A DNA stretch of 20,000 nt from Fervidicoccaceae archaeon (GTDB lineage: Archaea > Thermoproteota > Thermoprotei_A > Sulfolobales > Fervidicoccaceae), in NCBI GenBank assembly GCA_038734945.1, contig JAVYOA010000003.1, forward strand, positions 60,907-80,906. Direction: 5' to 3'. Of the stretch, positions 7,824 to 15,950 are shown one piece after another. The translations under genes were made by a program, and so were the position numbers. Each line of letters opens with the position of its first letter. Within the stretch, counting starts at the first letter, position 1. The notes beneath the pieces are model-generated. The model was not told the DNA's origin, made no database searches, and worked only from the letters and a program-made list of their open reading frames with translations.

Positions 7824-8066
7824 CTATTCCCTCCTAATTGAATAATTGACAATGATGAGAGCAATCAAGGAAAGAGAAATCCAGTAGAGAAGAAGAGAGA
7901 TGCCGCTTATTTTCAGAATAAAGGGAAGATAGACCAGAAACAAGATGATTAGGGCTGCTAAATATAAAGTGAGCTTGGAGTGCGGGGGGTGGGATTTGAA
8001 CCCACGCAGGCCTACGCCAACGGATCTTAAGTCCGCCCCCTTCGTCCAGCTCGGGCACCCCCGCAT
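7824..8066 (-). CDS. Small 2-TM membrane protein, probable symporter accessory subunit; the ORF reads through the tRNA-Leu gene
   Basis: The C-terminal ~51 aa (SKLTLYLAALIILFLVYLPFILKISGISLLLYWISLSLIALIIVNYSIRRE) form two TM helices and end 5 bp before the SSF start, which is the usual position of SSF partner genes. The only ATG is at 8066, overlapping tRNA position 1. The start is uncertain (alternative TTG at 7943). Confidence 0.6.
   Translation of the reverse strand: MRGCPSWTKGADLRSVGVGLRGFKSHPPHSKLTLYLAALIILFLVYLPFILKISGISLLLYWISLSLIALIIVNYSIRRE
7981..8064 (-). tRNA. tRNA-Leu (anticodon TAA), intronless, CCA not encoded
   Basis: GCGGGGG TG CCC GAGCTGGACGAA GGG G GCGGA CTTAAGA TCCGT TGGCGTAGGCCT GC GTGGG TTCAAAT CCCAC CCCCCGC A. 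It has a complete cloverleaf, a long variable arm, discriminator A and a canonical T-loop. Confidence 0.97.
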
Positions 8067-8068
8067 CT

Positions 8069-8740
8069 CTATCCCCCAATTGAATTCTCTTCAAATAAGT
8101 TTTTATCTTTCCAATTAATTTCTCTGACTATCCTTGCCGGCCTGTGACTTAATACTAGCACTTTGTCGCTTATTTCTCTGAGTTCTTCCAATTGATGAGA
8201 TACTATTATCATTCCAATTTTCAATCTGCTCCTCAGCGATATCAAGGTTTCATGCAAGGATCTTATTGAAGCCCTATCTATTCCTGTATAGGGCTCATCG
8301 AGAAGTAATATGTCTGGAGAAGTAATCAAGGATCTTGCCAGAGCAGCTTTTCTGGCTGTTCCACCGCTAACCTCTCTGACTCTTTTTTCAAGGTGCTCCT
8401 CTATACCAAACATATGAGCTAGTTCTTCCAGCCTCTTCCCTGCCTCACTTTCATTGATGCCTGAGAGCTTCGCTGCAAGTAGAATGTTCTTTTTGAGGTT
8501 GAACCAAGGAAGAAGCTGATTATCCTGTGGGGTATATCCAATCCTTCCATGTACCTCTACTTTTCCCGAATCTGGCTTGAGAATACCCACAATTATCTTG
8601 AGAAGAGTACTTTTACCCGCTCCATTTGGACCAACAAGACCTATTGCTTCTCCCTTCTTCAATGAAAAAGAGATCTCATCGATTACCAGCAGTCCATTGT
8701 AGGATTTTCTAATCCTGTCTATGACAACTAGCTCATCCAA
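8069..8740 (-). CDS. ABC transporter ATP-binding protein, NitT/TauT family
   Basis: Walker A GPNGAGKST, Q-loop YTPQDNQLLPW, signature VSGG, Walker B LLLDEP, H-loop VSH and the NitT/TauT-like tail VLSHRPARI. Start is TTG 8740 (after GAGGTG) or 8752. Confidence 0.93.
   Translation of the reverse strand: MDELVVIDRIRKSYNGLLVIDEISFSLKKGEAIGLVGPNGAGKSTLLKIIVGILKPDSGKVEVHGRIGYTPQDNQLLPWFNLKKNILLAAKLSGINESEAGKRLEELAHMFGIEEHLEKRVREVSGGTARKAALARSLITSPDILLLDEPYTGIDRASIRSLHETLISLRSRLKIGMIIVSHQLEELREISDKVLVLSHRPARIVREINWKDKNLFEENSIGG
8091..8107 (-). promoter_or_regulatory. Putative BRE-TATA promoter of tRNA-Leu, inside the ABC ATPase 3' end
   Basis: The minus strand reads GATAAAAAC-TTATTTGA: a purine-rich BRE-like run followed by a TATA-like box at -34 to -27 from tRNA G1, a spacing that fits an archaeal promoter with a short leader. 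Confidence 0.45.
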
Positions 8741-9456
8741 TTGATGAACCACCTCTCCAATTGCCTTAGGATGGCCAAATCAACCAATATCATCAGAGCT
8801 ATTAGTATGATGCTCCAAGCAAATACTCCTCCTTTGTATCCGAGATTGTAGCAGTAGACAAGCATGTACCCAACCCCTCCACTGCTACCAAGGGCTTCAG
8901 CAACTACACTGATTCTTAGAGAGTTCCCAATGGCGGCTCTGCTTCCGCTGGCCAAATATGGCAGAACTCCAGGAAATATGAAATATTCAATCAGCTGCCT
9001 TCTTCTAGCACCCATAGCTCTTGCCATATCTCCAAACTTTTCGACTACAACCTTTGCTCCATTGAGGCCCACAGTCAGCAATATAGGATAGGATGTGGCT
9101 GCTACAACTAGAATAGGAGGAAGCGAGCTTGTAAGCCCGAAGATCAAAAGGAAGATCAGAGTCCAGACGAGAGCAGAGACGCTTTGAATAAATGTGTTTA
9201 GGGCCTCAATGAGAGAGGCTGCATGATCGTTAATATAGTAAAGCGCTATTGAAATGAATGCTGCTGCAAGAGAAATTAGGAACCCGGCTATAGTATTCAG
9301 GAGAGTTCTGCCTATGTTGAATAGAAGGCTCCTAGTACCTATCTGCTCAAGGTAGCTCAGCACATCCTGTCCGCTGGGAACTGACATAGGGAACTCGTGA
9401 TACAGCAAGAACCAAAGGCTTAGAATGACAGCGGATAGATAAAACCATCCAAGCAT
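8728..9456 (-). CDS. ABC transporter permease, NitT/TauT family
   Basis: About 6 TM segments, EAA-like loop DMARAMGARRRQ, and FPGVLPYLASG...VVAEALGSSGGVGY. Confidence 0.92.
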   Translation of the reverse strand: MLGWFYLSAVILSLWFLLYHEFPMSVPSGQDVLSYLEQIGTRSLLFNIGRTLLNTIAGFLISLAAAFISIALYYINDHAASLIEALNTFIQSVSALVWTLIFLLIFGLTSSLPPILVVAATSYPILLTVGLNGAKVVVEKFGDMARAMGARRRQLIEYFIFPGVLPYLASGSRAAIGNSLRISVVAEALGSSGGVGYMLVYCYNLGYKGGVFAWSIILIALMILVDLAILRQLERWFINWMS

Positions 9457-9458
9457 GC

Positions 9459-10448
9459 TTAGCCTGATGCGTAGAATACCTGATCACCTATTGTTGAGGG
9501 ATCTTGTGCTAGATATCCTCCCTTCCAAGCCAGAGACCATGAGCTCCTTATTCCCTGAATCACGGTAGAGTTCAGAGTGTTGTCGAGGATAACAACCCTG
9601 CCGTACAAATATGCTGCTTCTTTTTGCGAAAGGCCATAGAGGCGAGCAAGCATCTGCTCTATTGATTGGGGATCGGTTTTCCATATATCAACAGCTGTCT
9701 TTCTCATGGAGAGAAAAGCGCTTAGCTTTTGCCCGTCGCTTGTGAAGTTTTTCGATGCAACCCATACAAGCATTACAGGAATTCCTGTGGAGTTGGACTG
9801 CTTCCAGAGATCCTGAAACGTACCAATTATTGTGAAGTTGTATCTCACCACGCCTATTGAGACAAACGGCTCCCAAACCACTGCAGCAGCTCCATCTCCT
9901 CTGGCTAGGGCATCCAAGATTGCTCCTGGGGGAGAATTAATACCTATTATATCTCCTCCTCCTTGAGGAGAATCAACCACGCTCAGATTGTATATGCTCT
10001 TCATATATGCCTTGAAAAGCATGTATGTTCCAGTGCTAAGCAGCGATATAACGTTTTTTCCCCTTAGCTGCTGGAATGATGAGATTGCAGATGTTCGAGA
10101 AAGAACTGCTTGGTTCTGCAGCATTTCGGGAGAAATTATTTGCACGGAAACTCCGCTCTGAATAAGCTTTGCTGCCATCTCAGAAGGAATGACTGCGACA
10201 TCGATGTCTCCTCTTTCGATTGCTGCCAATATGTCGGTAGTTTTTTCAAAGCGGTAGATCTCCAGCTGCACTCCCTGCTTAGAGCTCAAGTTGAAGTATT
10301 CCATTTCATCAAGCGTGCTAATGCCTCCTTGAAGAGTGCCGGCTCTAATTGTAATGATGTTACTTCCACCTCTCTCCAGGAACAATAAATATGAAGAAAG
10401 AATCAGTAGAGCAAGAACTACGAGTACTGCCAGCAACCATCTCCTCAA
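9459..10448 (-). CDS. ABC transporter substrate-binding protein, NitT/TauT (SsuA/THI5-like) family
   Basis: N-terminal membrane anchor, AIERGDIDVAV, QLRGKNV and ALARGDGAAAVVWEPF. GGGGTGA RBS; first gene of the SBP-permease-ATPase trio. Confidence 0.88.
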   Translation of the reverse strand: MRRWLLAVLVVLALLILSSYLLFLERGGSNIITIRAGTLQGGISTLDEMEYFNLSSKQGVQLEIYRFEKTTDILAAIERGDIDVAVIPSEMAAKLIQSGVSVQIISPEMLQNQAVLSRTSAISSFQQLRGKNVISLLSTGTYMLFKAYMKSIYNLSVVDSPQGGGDIIGINSPPGAILDALARGDGAAAVVWEPFVSIGVVRYNFTIIGTFQDLWKQSNSTGIPVMLVWVASKNFTSDGQKLSAFLSMRKTAVDIWKTDPQSIEQMLARLYGLSQKEAAYLYGRVVILDNTLNSTVIQGIRSSWSLAWKGGYLAQDPSTIGDQVFYASG

Positions 10449-10503
10449 GAGTATTCACCCCTGGTCTGTTTTAAATTTGGGGATTTTTTCCCCTGATATA
10501 TAT

Positions 10504-11418
10504 TTAGAAATAGCCCAGCGCTACATCCAGCAGAGTTCCAGCGCTGACGACTATTCCGATGAATAGATTTAAATTGAATGCCGTTGGAATTTTGCTCAAG
10601 TCCTTCCTAACAATGAGCACCTGAAACAGCATTAGTAGTGATGAAACTGCTACTGACGCAGCTGAGATCTCTCCCAGTCCATACTCATGAACAGCAAGGA
10701 AGAAGGATAAGGAAGAAACGGCATAGAAAATGGAGGAAGTTTTTATTGCTCCAAAAGCACCAAGCTTCGCTGGAATGCTCCCGAGTCCCTCTTTTCTGTC
10801 ATAGTCTATGTCCATTATACTATAGAGTATATCAAAACCTGCTACCCAGAAGGTTACCCCAATTAGATATAGCCACGGAACGGTCTTCAGCGCTGTTTGC
10901 AAAGAATTCACGAATGAGCCAGAAGCAGCAATTGCTCCCCCGAAAACTACCAGTCCAAGGGAGAGACCTAAGTGCAGATGGGGCAGGCTGTGCATTCTCT
11001 TAGCATAAGGATAGCTCATAGCTACAGCATATAGAATGGGGGAGAGCAATAGGGCATAAATGTTGAGAAGCATAGCAGAAGTGAAGTAAACAGCAGAGCC
11101 CAATATGACAACTACCCAGGCATCCCTGAGGCTTAAAGCCCCTGTCACAAGAGGTCTTTTCACGGTCCTGGGATTTCTCCTATCTATTTCCAAGTCTGCT
11201 ATGTTATTGAAGCTCATTCCAGCTGTTCTCAACCCAAATACTGCAAGAGTTGAGAGCAAAAACGTTCTCAAAGAATATGGAAATCCTGAAAGGACTATGC
11301 CAACATAGGCGAATGGAAGGCTGAAAAGCGTGTGCTCTATTCTTATGAGCCTCATCACTGCCCTCATTTTTCCAAAGCTTTGAACTTTGCCTGGATCCCA
11401 GCTAGTAGAATCTCTCAA
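10504..11418 (-). CDS. ubiA: UbiA-family aromatic polyprenyltransferase, MqnP-like
   Basis: IRIEHTLFSLPFAY, FNNIADLEIDRRNPRTVKRPLVTG, YPYAKR and WVAGFDILYSIMDIDYDRKEGLGSIP; overlaps the upstream UbiD-family gene. Confidence 0.9.
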   Translation of the reverse strand: MRDSTSWDPGKVQSFGKMRAVMRLIRIEHTLFSLPFAYVGIVLSGFPYSLRTFLLSTLAVFGLRTAGMSFNNIADLEIDRRNPRTVKRPLVTGALSLRDAWVVVILGSAVYFTSAMLLNIYALLLSPILYAVAMSYPYAKRMHSLPHLHLGLSLGLVVFGGAIAASGSFVNSLQTALKTVPWLYLIGVTFWVAGFDILYSIMDIDYDRKEGLGSIPAKLGAFGAIKTSSIFYAVSSLSFFLAVHEYGLGEISAASVAVSSLLMLFQVLIVRKDLSKIPTAFNLNLFIGIVVSAGTLLDVALGYF

Positions 11419-12895
11419 TCTTGTTCCACCCCTTCAGAATTGTTCCCAGAATACCACTTATCTTTGCTAGAACAGCTTCATCCTCCTTCACCATCTCGGG
11501 CCACTCTCTTCCATAATTTTCCTCCGGAAGCTTTCTAGTAGCATCTATTCCTAGCTTTCCGCCATAGGAGGGGGAGATGTTAGCTGGATCGAGGGCATCG
11601 CTGTGGGAATTCCCGATTATCAGAATATCTCTTGAAGGATTCACGTTTGAAGATATTGCCCATATTACCTTTCCAATATCTCTGGGATCCACATCATCGT
11701 CAACTACAATTATTATTTTTGTGAGGGAGCTCTGGCCCAGGCCCCATAGAGCGCTCATGACCTTCTTTGCTTGTCCTGGGTATCTCTTCTTTATAGAAAC
11801 TATCAGCATCCCCTGAAATACTCCCTCTGGAGGATAGTTGACTTCAACTATCTCGGGAAGGAGCAGCTTCATAATTGGCTTGAATATTCTCTCTATTGCT
11901 TTTCCAATTACACCATCCTCGAGAACGGGTAGTCCAGTCACGCTTCCATAGTAAATAGGATTGTCTCTGAAGTAAACTCTATCGACAGAGAAAATTGGAT
12001 ACTTTTCAGTGGGCTTATCGTAATATCCCCAGTGATCTCCAAAGGGTCCCTCGCTGGATAAGTTCCTCAGCTGCACTTTTCCTTCAATCACTATTTCCGC
12101 ATTGGATGGTACAGGGATGCTGTTAGGGAGCTCATAAAGCTCTATTCCTCTTCCTCTCAGAACCCCAGCAAAGAGGGCCTTGTCAATTGGATATGGAACG
12201 GGAGAGACCGCTGCTAACATCGTTCCAGGATCGCTTCCTATTACTACTGCAACTGGGAGCTCATCGACTCCTTTTTCCAGAGCAGCAGAATGCGCCATAG
12301 CTCCTCTCTTATGAATCTGCCAATGTATCACTGCACGGCCTCCATCTAATATCATCATTCTATAGACTCCCATATTGAGAACTCCCAAGACAGGATCCCT
12401 GGTTATCACAATTGGAAAAGTTGCGTATTTCCCCCCATCCTTTGGCCAGGTTCTAAAGAATGGTATTTTCTCGAGTGGATTGTCGTCCTTCTCCAGAATG
12501 TTGCTTTCAAAGTCTGCATGAGATGTCCTGGAGGGAAGATACTTGGAGGTTCTGAATAGCTCTCCTGTAGCTTTCATTTTTTCAAGAAGAGAAAGAGGAG
12601 GCTGAATCAGCTGCATCGGTATAAGTCTCTCCCCTATATCCTCAAGCTTTTCAACTGATAGCGCTTGCCTAATTACTCTTATGCTGCTGAAAAGGTTCCC
12701 TGCAACTCTCCAGCCATCATACCCCTCAATTTTATTTAAGAGGACAGCCGGTCCTCCAGCATACATCAATTTTCTAAGCAGAGCAGGTATTTCGAGATCG
12801 GGTGAAAGGGGGTTGTTCACTTCAACAAGCTCTTCCTTGCTCTTCAACCACTCAATGTAGCTCCTCAAATCAGCTAGGGGATCCAATTGAATCAC
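11402..12895 (-). CDS. ubiD: UbiD-family prFMN-dependent decarboxylase, menaquinone-biosynthesis (MqnL-like) type
   Basis: WPKDGGKY, NMGVYRM, HWQIHK, EIVIEG, EGPFGDHWGYY, KKRYPGQAKKVMSALWG, IIVVDDDVD and GGKLGIDAT. Confidence 0.92.
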   Translation of the reverse strand: MIQLDPLADLRSYIEWLKSKEELVEVNNPLSPDLEIPALLRKLMYAGGPAVLLNKIEGYDGWRVAGNLFSSIRVIRQALSVEKLEDIGERLIPMQLIQPPLSLLEKMKATGELFRTSKYLPSRTSHADFESNILEKDDNPLEKIPFFRTWPKDGGKYATFPIVITRDPVLGVLNMGVYRMMILDGGRAVIHWQIHKRGAMAHSAALEKGVDELPVAVVIGSDPGTMLAAVSPVPYPIDKALFAGVLRGRGIELYELPNSIPVPSNAEIVIEGKVQLRNLSSEGPFGDHWGYYDKPTEKYPIFSVDRVYFRDNPIYYGSVTGLPVLEDGVIGKAIERIFKPIMKLLLPEIVEVNYPPEGVFQGMLIVSIKKRYPGQAKKVMSALWGLGQSSLTKIIIVVDDDVDPRDIGKVIWAISSNVNPSRDILIIGNSHSDALDPANISPSYGGKLGIDATRKLPEENYGREWPEMVKEDEAVLAKISGILGTILKGWNKIERFY

Positions 12896-14267
12896 TTCCC
12901 TTTCTTGGGAGCTTGAGCTGCTCTCCTGGAGCTATGTAGAAATAATCCTCAAGCATCGGATTTCCCAGAAAGATGTGTCTTCCATCCACTATAACCGGCG
13001 TTCTCATAATTTTTGCTATTGATTTCAAATCGAGATTTCTGAACAACTTGTGATCTGTAACAACTATTAAGCCATCTGCTCCTTTGAAGTCTCCGCTGAA
13101 CGGCTGTAGTCCCAGGCTCCTCAATTCCTCCTCCGAGTAAAATGGATCTAGTACTTCCACAATGCTCCCCCACGCCTCCAGCTCCCTTACAAGAGGAAGT
13201 GTTGGGGTGTTAACATGCTCCTTTACCTCCCCTCTATAACTAAGACCAAGAACAATTAGCCTTGAACCATTGAGAGGTCTTCCTGCTGCATTTAGGGCCC
13301 TCAAAGTTAGCTCCACCATGTGAACTGGCATAAGCTCATTTATCTCTCTAGACAGTCTCACTATTCTGGCTAGCTCGGGAAATGCATGTATTAGGAACCA
13401 AGGATAGACTGGTATGCAGTGCCCTCCAACGCCGGCTCCTGGCTTGTGAATGTGGCTGTAGGGCTGCGAATTCGCTGCATTTATTATTTCATTAACGCTC
13501 AGTCCAAGCTCCTCAGATATAAGTGCCAGCTCATTTGCCAGGGCTATGTTGACATCTCTATATACTCCCTCAAAGACCTTAACGGCTTCGGCCGCCCTTA
13601 TGCTTGATACAGGTATTACTCCCTTTTTGTTGATGGTTTCATAGATGCCGATCAGAGGCTCAAGGGTGCTCTTGTTTATTGCTCCTATGATCTTTGGATA
13701 GCTCTCAGTTATATCTCTTACAACCCTTCCGCTCATAGTTCTCTCCGGTGCATGAGCTATACCGAAGTCCTCCCCAGCTTTCAGCCCTGACATTGACTCC
13801 AGGACGAAGGCATATTTCTCGGTGGTTCCTGGAGGAAGGGTTGTTTCTGTTACAACAATGGATCCTTTTCTTAAACCCTTACCTATGCTGTTGATAGCAG
13901 CATCCATGCTCCTGAAATCAATGCCAGTTCTGGAAGCATAGACGGGGACTATTACTACTATCAAATTGCTCTGCGAGGCTGCCCATGTCCCATCAGTAGT
14001 AGCTATGAAATTTTTTCTCCTAAGGGCCCTTTCCAGCATTTCATCAGTACCTGGTTCAAATGGAATTGGATTCCTTCCCTTCATTAGCTCCTCGACAGTT
14101 TTTTCATTTATATCGACACCAATGACCTTGGCTCCATTCTCAGCAAAAACTAGAGCTAGGGGAAGCCCCATCTTTCCGAGGCCAAAAACTGAAACTGTTA
14201 TTTTCCCTTCTTTGAGATAAGCAGATGCTTCCTCCCTTCCTATGGAAAGCAAGTTCAAATCGATCAC
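12870..14267 (-). CDS. Nucleotide-sugar 6-dehydrogenase (UDP-ManNAc/UDP-GlcNAc dehydrogenase, WecC/WbpA-like)
   Basis: Rossmann motif GLGKMGLP, ETTLPPGTT, APER, AEAVKVFEGVYRDVNIALANEL, catalytic GVGGHCIP and VTDH. Confidence 0.92.
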   Translation of the reverse strand: MIDLNLLSIGREEASAYLKEGKITVSVFGLGKMGLPLALVFAENGAKVIGVDINEKTVEELMKGRNPIPFEPGTDEMLERALRRKNFIATTDGTWAASQSNLIVVIVPVYASRTGIDFRSMDAAINSIGKGLRKGSIVVTETTLPPGTTEKYAFVLESMSGLKAGEDFGIAHAPERTMSGRVVRDITESYPKIIGAINKSTLEPLIGIYETINKKGVIPVSSIRAAEAVKVFEGVYRDVNIALANELALISEELGLSVNEIINAANSQPYSHIHKPGAGVGGHCIPVYPWFLIHAFPELARIVRLSREINELMPVHMVELTLRALNAAGRPLNGSRLIVLGLSYRGEVKEHVNTPTLPLVRELEAWGSIVEVLDPFYSEEELRSLGLQPFSGDFKGADGLIVVTDHKLFRNLDLKSIAKIMRTPVIVDGRHIFLGNPMLEDYFYIAPGEQLKLPRKGSDSIGSPS

Positions 14268-14486
14268 CGGGCACTGGTCATTTTCTATAATTCCCTTTAT
14301 TACTATTGAGTTATCCTTGTATTAGAAGACACCAGGAAGCTCAGATAGTTATTTCTGAACTGTAACTAAAAGTCAGTATATATACAAAATATACAAATAT
14401 TTTAAAAAGACAAATACTTTTATATTGTTGTTTACAAGTTTGCAATTTGTATCTACTTACAATATATTTAAAAATAATTTAGAATA
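14268..14486. promoter_or_regulatory. AT-rich divergent promoter region with repeated ACAA/TTGT motifs
   Basis: Non-coding gap between head-to-head genes. Tandem ATATACAAA x2 at 14380-14397 and TTGTA-N6-TACAA at 14447-14462. Confidence 0.5.
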
Positions 14487-15308
14487 ATGGTGTTCAGAAT
14501 AATGGCGGGCGGGGCCAGCACATATAAACCAGCTCTTATTATATTCTCCGAGTCTCAACCTCTCTCCTGCATCGATGTTGAGCTTGTTGGAAAGCTCAAC
14601 GATGTTCTCTCTGAAAGCAACAGAATCATCGAGAAGATTAGGCAGAGAGGGACTGAAATAGTCGAAGTGAAAGCAGCCATTTCGGGAAACGAAGAAGAAA
14701 CAAGAGCAAATTTGCTTGTTGCAGTGAGGGATGTTGAGAGCAGCGCCTTGGCTCTATCTCGAGAAATCAAGGCTTCTCCCATTGTTTCGTATTCATCCCT
14801 CTCTGGGAGATTCAGAAACATATGCTATTCAATGAGGCAGTTTCCTATTGATGTTCTCGGACTAAGATGGATAATGATGGGTCCCGGGAACTACGAGGCT
14901 CTGACTCTTGGTATGAAAAAGGTCCTAGGTACACAGATATTTCCTTATTATCAGAGAAACTTGGGCATTCATATTGGAAAGAACGTCTACGAGTACTATG
15001 TGAAGGCTCTGGGAGGAATTGATAGGCTGGACGAAGCTATGAAATTTGCCTCAATGCTGCTTCTAGTTGCCGGATGGGGGGTTATTGAGGATTGGAACAT
15101 TGCAGAGAATGGAATAACATTGACTATAAGGGATAACTGGGAAATTCAGCTGTTTGAGACAAAAATGGTGGAGGAAAAGCCAAGAATAATTTTGGGGATG
15201 CTTGAGGGATTTTTCGGATCGTTGCTTAGAAGAGATGTTCTAGCCGACATTGTTTCCATTAAAAAAGAAAACAAAACAATTCTCGCAAAAATTTTCATTC
15301 GATTCTAA
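14487..15308 (+). CDS. Hypothetical protein, putative N-terminal ACT-like plus C-terminal V4R-like domain
   Basis: 273-aa ORF filling the gap. The C-terminal half has LGIHIGK...AGWGVIE...DNWE...ILGMLEGFF, a V4R-like pattern. The N-terminal ~100 aa have ACT-like alternating strand/helix character. Domain calls are by eye. Confidence 0.6.
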   Translation: MVFRIMAGGASTYKPALIIFSESQPLSCIDVELVGKLNDVLSESNRIIEKIRQRGTEIVEVKAAISGNEEETRANLLVAVRDVESSALALSREIKASPIVSYSSLSGRFRNICYSMRQFPIDVLGLRWIMMGPGNYEALTLGMKKVLGTQIFPYYQRNLGIHIGKNVYEYYVKALGGIDRLDEAMKFASMLLLVAGWGVIEDWNIAENGITLTIRDNWEIQLFETKMVEEKPRIILGMLEGFFGSLLRRDVLADIVSIKKENKTILAKIFIRF

Positions 15309-15374
15309 TTGCTTGTTTCTTTTTTAAAGCGTTGCTTCTATATTTCTGAGCTAGAATGCTTTAGCCATACCGGC

Positions 15375-15950
15375 TCACTCCAGACTGCCCCCCTTCTCCA
15401 GGATGTGGGCTTCACTTTGGGAAGAAATAGCTGCTATTCTATCTACTCCTCCAATGCTCTCAATGAACTCAGCTACTGAGATTGGAACGAGCTCCTTCCA
15501 TCTAGAATCTTTCTTCTTCATCAATAACCTGATGAACGTCCCATTGTAGATTTCTCTCCTGTAGGGAGATGGTGTTACTGTCTTGAAGCCAAGCTCGTTG
15601 AATATTCTGAGCATTATGGGATTTCCTACGTATATGGCCTCAGCTCTAGGGCAATTGGAGATTGCATGGAATGCTGAAGAGGGATGAATCTCCATTGTTG
15701 GCAGAGTAGCTGTTATTACTCTACTCAGATCGAGTCCTCTCTCCTTCATGGATAATCTTATCATTTCTATTCTCTCTCCTGCAGTGAATGGGTTTCTCTC
15801 AGTATGGCTCTCGCTGCTCATTCCTATTAAAAAGACCAATTCCTCGTATTCATCTGAAGTGAGGATCTCCTCAGCTACATGAAGATGACCCAAATGAAAA
15901 GGCTGGAACCTGCCGAAGAATATTGCTCTTCTTGGTATGCGTATGTCCAT
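15375..15950 (-). CDS. nadM: Nicotinamide-nucleotide adenylyltransferase (archaeal NadM)
   Basis: FGRFQPFHLGH (HxGH), SHTERNPFTAGERIEMI, GNP, GTFIR and WKELVP. Start placed at ATG 15950; the ORF track extends to 16010. Confidence 0.92.
   Translation of the reverse strand: MDIRIPRRAIFFGRFQPFHLGHLHVAEEILTSDEYEELVFLIGMSSESHTERNPFTAGERIEMIRLSMKERGLDLSRVITATLPTMEIHPSSAFHAISNCPRAEAIYVGNPIMLRIFNELGFKTVTPSPYRREIYNGTFIRLLMKKKDSRWKELVPISVAEFIESIGGVDRIAAISSQSEAHILEKGGSLE

Noticed and set aside
7981..8064. tRNA as an integration site (att) of a mobile element
   Set aside because: I found no integrase, no duplicated tRNA half and no compositional shift in the window.
7834..8094. Alternative-frame 86-aa ORF across the tRNA
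   Set aside because: No membrane or family character, and it overlaps the ATPase; the 7824-8066 frame explains the region better. It does show that open frames across this tRNA can arise by chance.
10479..10493. Small hairpin GGGGA-N5-TCCCC between ubiA and the SBP gene
   Set aside because: A 5-bp stem is too weak to call a terminator or operator.
11402..12895. UbiD homolog as anhydromevalonate phosphate decarboxylase of the archaeal mevalonate pathway
   Set aside because: Its length, the HWQIHK and YPGQAKKVM motifs and the coupling to an MqnP-like prenyltransferase favour the quinone type; not excluded without a phylogeny.
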